IMG/VR virus record: IMGVR_UViG_3300011335_000175
Location: 1 to 39,996 of that record
Length of the DNA stretch: 39,996 nt
Strand: one strand, 5' to 3'
Source of the DNA: a virus
Lineage: Duplodnaviria > Caudoviricetes
The notes below the pieces were generated by a model, which did no database searches, had not been told where the DNA came from, and saw nothing but the letters and a program-made list of their open reading frames with translations. Made by a program: the position numbers and the translations under genes. This document shows, in pieces, positions 34,644 to 39,996 of this stretch (its first letter is position 1; each line of letters begins with the position of its first letter).

Positions 34644-36798
34644 GAAGACATTCGGATTTATCGCCAAGAACTTGGCAGCCCTGGGCTACGAGCCTGTCCC
34701 GATCATCCGAGGAGAGAAGCGGCCAGCGGTGGACAAGTGGCAGGCCGGTGGGTGGGAAGAACACACCCAGCAGTTCGAGACCAATTACACCGGGCTGCTG
34801 ACCCGGTTCAACCCCGGTGTGGACATCGATGTGTCCGACGAGGAACTGGTGCAAGCCATCCGCGCCATCGTCTTTGATGTCGCCGGGTGCCATGAACTGC
34901 CGCCACCCCGGCGCATCGGCAACGCCCCCCGCGAGTTGCTGCTGTTTCGCACCGAGGAGGAATTTCCCAAGGTCAGCACCGCTGCCTATGCCCTGAAGAC
35001 CGACAAGCCGGACGCCAATGGCAAGGTCAAAGGCTCCAAGGTCGAGATCCTGGCCAGTGGCCAGCAGTTTGTGGCCTATGCCATCCACCCCGACACCGGC
35101 AAACCATACAACTGGAACGGCGGTGGTGAGCCTTTGGCCATGGAACGCGCCAAGCTGGTGACGCTGGACGAGGACCAGGCCAAGGAGATCGTGGCCCGGT
35201 GCGAGGTGTTGCTGTCCCTGCATGGGCAGCTTGTTGAGCGCCGGTCCATCACCTCGGACTCGGGCGGCACGTTGGCAGACCGTGTGCCCAACGAGCGCCA
35301 AGATGCCGATGACCCGATCCTGGCGCTGTCGGCAGTTGGAGCAATGCCAAACCCGAACCTGCCATTTGACGATTGGCTGCGCGTCCTGTACGCCACCAAG
35401 GGTGCGCTCAAGGAAGAAGGCCGCACAGCCTTCATGCGCTGGTCGGCCAAGTCCATTAAGCACGACCAAGCCTTTGCTGACCGTGAGTGGCAAAAGGCGC
35501 GGCCCACGTTGCTGGGCGCTGGTTCGCTGATCTGGATGGCCAAGAAGCTGGGCTGGGCACCCGTGTCCACGCAGTTGGCGCAGCCGGTGGCAGCTACTGT
35601 GCACGTTGACGATCATGAGCCTCAGTCCTTGGTTTGGCCGCATATGTCTGGCGGCAAGACGCCCAAGCCGCTGAACACGCTGGAAAACTTTGCCGCGCTA
35701 TCCAGGTTCCTTGGCGTCGAGTACCGCATGAACATGATGACCGGCGAGGAGGTCGTACGCATTCCCGGCATGAGCGTGGCCGAAGGCTGCGAGGCCAACA
35801 GCGCAGTCACCCACATGATGAGCCAGGCCAACTTGGCCAGCCTGCCATCCAGCCTGGTGCCGGAATTCATGTCAATGCTTTGTGCACAGAACCCGTTTCA
35901 CCCTGCCCAGCAGTGGGTGGATTCACGGCCTTGGGACGGGGTTGGCCGGGTGCAGCAGTGGCTGGACACCATCAAGGCAGTGGATCAGCCTCTGAAGGAA
36001 CAGATGATGCGCCGCTGGGCCATCAGCGCCATTGCCGCGCTGTACAAGCCTGGTGGCGTCAGTGCCCACGGCGTGCTGACGCTCTTGGGTGACCAAGGCA
36101 TTGGAAAAACGAGCTGGTTCCTGTCGCTGGTGCCGCAGGGATTGGGTTTTGCCAAGGACGGGATGATCCTGCGTCCTGACAGCCCCGACAGCGTGCGCCA
36201 GGTCACCGCCAACTGGCTGGTCGAGTTGGGCGAGTTGGACGCCACCTTTCGCAAGTCTGACATTGCAGCCCTCAAGGCATTCATCACGCAGGCTAGCGAC
36301 ACATACCGCCTGCCCTACGCCAGAAAGAACACGGTCAACCCACGGCGCACGGTTTTCTTTGCATCGGTCAATGACTCCAAGTTCCTGTCCGACAACACCG
36401 GAAACCGTAGGTACTGGACGATTGATTGCATAGAGATCAATTACCGCCACCAGATCGACATGCAGCAGTTCTGGGCCGAGGTCAAGACGCTGTACCAGGC
36501 TGGCGAGTCGTGGTTCCTTGATGAGGCCGAGTTGGCAAGCCTGAACGAGTCGAACGAGCAGTTCATGACGCTGGACCCGATTACCGAAAGGCTTGAGACA
36601 AAACTGGATTGGGAGGCACCTGCTTTTGACTGGAAATGGCGGACAGCCACCGATGTGGCCTTGTCGATTGGGCTGGCAAATCCCGGTCGGTCAGACGTCA
36701 CGAGGGTGGCAACCTATTTGCAGAAAAACAAAGGGTGCACTCGACGCAGATCGAACGGTATGACCATGACCTTGGTTCCACCGCCATTTTTCGCTTAA
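34636..36798 (+). CDS. Primase-helicase: bifunctional prim-pol + PriCT-2 + VapE-like ATPase
   Basis: GYEPVPI...KRP...VDIDV (AEP), DDWLRV...F.RWS.KS.K (PriCT-2), Walker A GDQGIGKT, WLVELGELD, TGNRRYW. Confidence 0.88.
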   Translation: MAKKTFGFIAKNLAALGYEPVPIIRGEKRPAVDKWQAGGWEEHTQQFETNYTGLLTRFNPGVDIDVSDEELVQAIRAIVFDVAGCHELPPPRRIGNAPRELLLFRTEEEFPKVSTAAYALKTDKPDANGKVKGSKVEILASGQQFVAYAIHPDTGKPYNWNGGGEPLAMERAKLVTLDEDQAKEIVARCEVLLSLHGQLVERRSITSDSGGTLADRVPNERQDADDPILALSAVGAMPNPNLPFDDWLRVLYATKGALKEEGRTAFMRWSAKSIKHDQAFADREWQKARPTLLGAGSLIWMAKKLGWAPVSTQLAQPVAATVHVDDHEPQSLVWPHMSGGKTPKPLNTLENFAALSRFLGVEYRMNMMTGEEVVRIPGMSVAEGCEANSAVTHMMSQANLASLPSSLVPEFMSMLCAQNPFHPAQQWVDSRPWDGVGRVQQWLDTIKAVDQPLKEQMMRRWAISAIAALYKPGGVSAHGVLTLLGDQGIGKTSWFLSLVPQGLGFAKDGMILRPDSPDSVRQVTANWLVELGELDATFRKSDIAALKAFITQASDTYRLPYARKNTVNPRRTVFFASVNDSKFLSDNTGNRRYWTIDCIEINYRHQIDMQQFWAEVKTLYQAGESWFLDEAELASLNESNEQFMTLDPITERLETKLDWEAPAFDWKWRTATDVALSIGLANPGRSDVTRVATYLQKNKGCTRRRSNGMTMTLVPPPFFA

Positions 36799-36799
36799 A

Positions 36800-36988
36800 G
36801 GTTACACCGTTGCACCAATGGTCGCACTTGCCTCAAACCCGCATGGCTATTTGGTTTGTGTAACCTAGTGCAACCTAGTGCATCTATTTAATATGAAATG
36901 GATATAAGAGGAAATATGGGAAATACACACATAGATTACGCAAATAAAAAGGTTAAGCAATTGGATGCACTGTATGCACTGGATGCAC
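36800..36988. repeat. Octamer iteron cluster with AT-rich spacer, putative replication origin B
   Basis: Nine GG(A/T)TGCAC-like 8-mers in three triads: forward 36800/36808/36820, reverse 36858/36868/36878, forward 36963/36972/36981. Confidence 0.72.
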
Positions 36989-37296
36989 TGACGCCTTTTT
37001 TGGATGATGACCGGGTGACCTGCGACACCTGCCAGCATCAGGTCACGCAGCAGGCCGACGAGTTCATTGATCTGGATAGGGCAAGGAAACTCAGGTCCAT
37101 GGGCAAGCGCCTTGGCATGGCTGGCGACAAGTTTGAGCAAAAGGGCAAGTGGCTGAGAATTCATTGGGTTGAATCCTCATGCATGGCGACTGGCTTTGCG
37201 CCCATGCCCAGCCAACTGAAGCACCGCTGCCATTTGTATTGCAAGGCAAGTGAGCGGCCATCGTCGGTAGAATCCGATGCATGGTGGCAAGACTGA
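36898..37296 (+). CDS. Hypothetical Cys/His protein, allele B (start uncertain)
   Basis: DDDRVTCDTC...C...LKHRCHLY...SSVESDAWW; homolog of 655-975. Confidence 0.7.
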   Translation: MDIRGNMGNTHIDYANKKVKQLDALYALDALTPFLDDDRVTCDTCQHQVTQQADEFIDLDRARKLRSMGKRLGMAGDKFEQKGKWLRIHWVESSCMATGFAPMPSQLKHRCHLYCKASERPSSVESDAWWQD

Positions 37297-37664
37297 GAAA
37301 GAGCATCGAACACACTGAACAGGTCAAGCTGGTGCAGCGGGTTCGTGCGTTCTACCCAGACACCATCATTGCGTCCATACCGAATGGAGGCGATAGAACG
37401 GCCTCAGAGCGCGTTAGGCTGCATCATGAGGGGGTACTGGCTGGAATGCCTGATCTGTGCGTTCTGGAGGCTTGTGGAGGGTTTCACGGGCTTTTTGTGG
37501 AGATGAAGACGGCCACAGGGACGCAGAGCAAAGAGCAAAAGGCTTTGCAGTTGCAATTAAACAACAGGGGCTACCTTTGCACGGTGGCCAGATCAGCCGC
37601 TGAAGGCTTTGAAATCATTAAGGGGTATCTGGATGGCGAGAAACTCATTGGCCGAGATTGCTGA
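37281..37664 (+). CDS. VRR-NUC nuclease, copy 2
   Basis: Five aa differences from 960-1343. Confidence 0.88.
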   Translation: MVARLRKSIEHTEQVKLVQRVRAFYPDTIIASIPNGGDRTASERVRLHHEGVLAGMPDLCVLEACGGFHGLFVEMKTATGTQSKEQKALQLQLNNRGYLCTVARSAAEGFEIIKGYLDGEKLIGRDC

Positions 37665-38118
37665 CCAAGGCGCAGCCAACATTGCGGCAGCACAGACACG
37701 CAAGGCAGAAGTCAGCCTGGCCAACAAAGCTATTCACGCATTCGGGGGTGAGGATGCCGTCATCGAATTCATTGCATCCGGCGGCACGATCTCCGCGCTG
37801 TGCAAGGTATTGGGCATCGGGAATACGACATTCGACAGATGGGTCGAGAGAGGGGGCGAGGCACGCATGGCTGCCTACGCACGCGCACGCGTGCGTGCAG
37901 GGCAGAGTTTAGCCGAGCAGACCATCGACATCGCTGATGCCGCGCTGCCACAGGAAGCGCAGGTCGCCAAGCTACGGGTGGACACAAGGCGCTGGCTGGC
38001 CTCTAAGCTGTCCGAGGAGTTCTCAGACAAGCAGCAGCCCTTAGTCAACATCGACCTGGGCAGCATGGCACTTGATGCCCTGCGCAAGCGAAGCCTCGAT
38101 ATGCGTACCCAAGACTGA
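37633..38118 (+). CDS. terS: Terminase small subunit, copy 2
   Basis: One aa difference (V/I) from 1312-1797. Confidence 0.85.
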   Translation: MARNSLAEIADQGAANIAAAQTRKAEVSLANKAIHAFGGEDAVIEFIASGGTISALCKVLGIGNTTFDRWVERGGEARMAAYARARVRAGQSLAEQTIDIADAALPQEAQVAKLRVDTRRWLASKLSEEFSDKQQPLVNIDLGSMALDALRKRSLDMRTQD

Positions 38119-38160
38119 CAGCACTTCTTACAACGGCCATTATGTAAAGTCGAGTTGCAG

Positions 38161-38249
38161 TTATCCACAAATTTATGTATACGCAAGCATTACGAATGGA
38201 GTTATCCACAGGAATCTGTGGATAACTGTGGACAAAAACCTGTGGACAG
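38161..38249. promoter_or_regulatory. DnaA-box array, copy 2
   Basis: Same sequence as 1840-1928. Confidence 0.8.
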
Positions 38250-38703
38250 GTGCGGCACGGCCTGCCGACCTGGCCGCGCTGGACCCCCCCCATCGGGCCT
38301 CGCGGCGGGGGCGGCTGCTGCGGCACTTGACACCTATCTGCATCCCCCCATCAGAAAAAAATTTTTAAAATAATTTACACCATCCCTGATTTGCGCTAAA
38401 GTGCAATTTCCATTAACCAGGAGAAAACGATGAACACGACATTGCTAACCAAGGTGCGGACTCTGTATCCGAACAGCCGCCACAACCAACGCCAGTGGAT
38501 CAAGAGCATTCGCCATCTGGGAGACAGGTGGCTGGTGCGCAGCCCCCAGCCAAAAGCGGTCCTCATTGAGCAGGCAGCCGGGAGGATGGTATGACCAAGC
38601 TGGACCTGATAATTTTGCTGACCCTGCTGTGCGCCAGCGCCAGCATCTCCATTGCCATCTTGTATTGGCTGGTGAATGTGGCCGTGATGGTGTGGGGGGT
38701 GTT

Positions 38704-39024
38704 ATGAGCGAGAAAGACTTCTGGAAAGGCTACGTTCCTGAGCCGGATAAAAGACAGCAAGCCCTCAACAAGAAGGCAGAGAACGCCCGTGAGTTGGGGC
38801 TGGACTATGAGCCAGTTTGGGGTGGTGGCCCTACAAACAAAGACTACGAAGATGCCATGCGCCAGAGGCGATTGCACCAACTCACATCCCCACCAGCACA
38901 GCGCACATGGGTTGGGCTGACGGATGAAGATCGCGCTCAGTGCGTGCAGGCCACCGTTAACTCTGGCGATGCTGCGCAATTGATTGCTGCCATCGAAGCC
39001 AAACTCAAGGAGAAGAACACATGA
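38704..39024 (+). CDS. Copy 2 of 2383-2703
   Basis: Identical translation; preceded by copies of the 54-aa (38430-38594) and 38-aa (38591-38707) ORFs. Confidence 0.75.
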   Translation: MSEKDFWKGYVPEPDKRQQALNKKAENARELGLDYEPVWGGGPTNKDYEDAMRQRRLHQLTSPPAQRTWVGLTDEDRAQCVQATVNSGDAAQLIAAIEAKLKEKNT

Positions 39025-39734
39025 CCACACAACTGGTTCGTGACTCAATGAAGTTGATGGCCGATGCTGGTGTAGACATTTTGGACATCAAATGGTTTGA
39101 TCTGACCGGGGCGTTCTCGGAGCATCAACACGCCAACCTTGAGCCTGTGATGACGCATCGCCCACCATTTGACAAATGCTTTGTTACTTGGAAAGGAAAG
39201 ACTCGCAGCCACCCGAGCTATGAGGTTCTTATGCTGGTGGCTGGGACTGACCCAAACGAGGGAATCACGGTGTCAATGTGGAAGGGGCCAAGCGGCACAA
39301 GGCTGCGCCCCATCCCTGCGATGTTCTACTTCATCGAGGATGACAACATCCGTTACGGAGCAGTCAGTGATGATGAGCCGATAGACAAGGAATTGGCAGA
39401 GATCATGCTGGCTCAAATTGGCGCTTGGTACGGTGCGATGGACAGGCGTATTGAGGCGCACATTCCCACAGTGCGTGACACATTTACCAACCGCCGGAAG
39501 ATACAGCAAGGCAAACTGCCGACCTACGACTGGACAACGGTATGGATTGAGCCATCTAAGCCCCGCCAAGAGTCCAAAGGGGGCACACACGCATCACCCC
39601 GACTGCATGAGCGCAGAGGCCACCTGAGAAGGCTAAAAACAGGCAAGAACGTCTGGGTCAAGTCTTGCAAGGTTGGTGACGCAAGCAAGGGGGCGATATT
39701 CCACGACTATGCAATCAAGGAGATGAACACATGA
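39021..39734 (+). CDS. Copy 2 of 2700-3413
   Basis: Identical translation; followed by copies of the zinc-finger micro-ORFs (39731-39856, 39853-39945). Confidence 0.85.
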   Translation: MTTQLVRDSMKLMADAGVDILDIKWFDLTGAFSEHQHANLEPVMTHRPPFDKCFVTWKGKTRSHPSYEVLMLVAGTDPNEGITVSMWKGPSGTRLRPIPAMFYFIEDDNIRYGAVSDDEPIDKELAEIMLAQIGAWYGAMDRRIEAHIPTVRDTFTNRRKIQQGKLPTYDWTTVWIEPSKPRQESKGGTHASPRLHERRGHLRRLKTGKNVWVKSCKVGDASKGAIFHDYAIKEMNT

Positions 39735-39996
39735 ACTGCAAACACCGCTGGGAGCCGAGCAATTTCGGTATCAAGTACCGCATACCCACGCACTACCTGT
39801 ACCAATGCACCCGGTGCAGCAAGATCATCGGCACATTACTCAAGGAGAAGACATGACCGAATGCCAACACCGATGGGAGCCTGTTCCTGATAAACCGATT
39901 TACAAATGCGTCCGATGCAATGCATTTAGTGTGAGATTCAAATGAGAAAAAAGAGCAGTTACAGGCCCAAGGGGGTGAGGCTGGACAACATGAGTT

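Larger units (their letters stand above)
940..37260. mobile_element. One genome unit (~36.3 kb) of a podovirus-like tailed phage of a Gram-negative host
   Basis: Complete terS/terL/portal/scaffold/MCP/tail/ejection/lysis/replication gene set, no tape measure gene, Rz/Rz1 spanin pair; unit length set by the 36,321-bp repeat offset. Confidence 0.93.
37261..39996 (+). repeat. Long direct repeat, copy 2 (truncated by window end)
   Basis: Direct comparison with 940-3675. Confidence 0.97.

Noticed and set aside
37261-39996. Repeat as a simple circular-assembly overlap or true terminal repeat
   Set aside because: The copies differ by many SNPs in their first ~750 bp and have unrelated upstream flanks, which an exact overlap would not show

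Overview
The window holds one essentially complete ~36.3-kb unit of a short-tailed (P22/SU10-like) dsDNA phage of a Gram-negative host, flanked by a ~2.7-kb direct repeat at an offset of 36,321 bp (about 940-3675 vs 37261-39996). The order is VRR-NUC nuclease, terS, a DnaA-box array, accessory micro-ORFs, terL, small basic/Cys-rich proteins, glycosyltransferase + SAM methyltransferase, portal, scaffold, major capsid, a second glycosyltransferase, adaptor and tail fibres, a lysis cassette (spanins, GH19 endolysin), tail nozzle and DNA-ejection proteins. Then come a leftward early operon, HTH and RHH regulators, SSB, SNF2 helicase, Cas4-like nuclease, a C4-like structured RNA, a prim-pol/VapE primase-helicase and an iteron origin. 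The two repeat copies are not a plain circular overlap. They look identical from ~1690 onward and carry many synonymous SNPs over 960-1690. Upstream they are joined to different replication-gene ends and different iteron origins, so two replication variants of one phage are juxtaposed (real recombinant or chimeric assembly). The most notable elements are the GT/MTase genes inside the head operon (candidate virion glycosylation system), the replication-module swap, the DnaA-box array and the C4-like RNA. I found no integrase, DNA polymerase, tRNA or CRISPR array. All family calls are from motif recognition by eye, not database searches.
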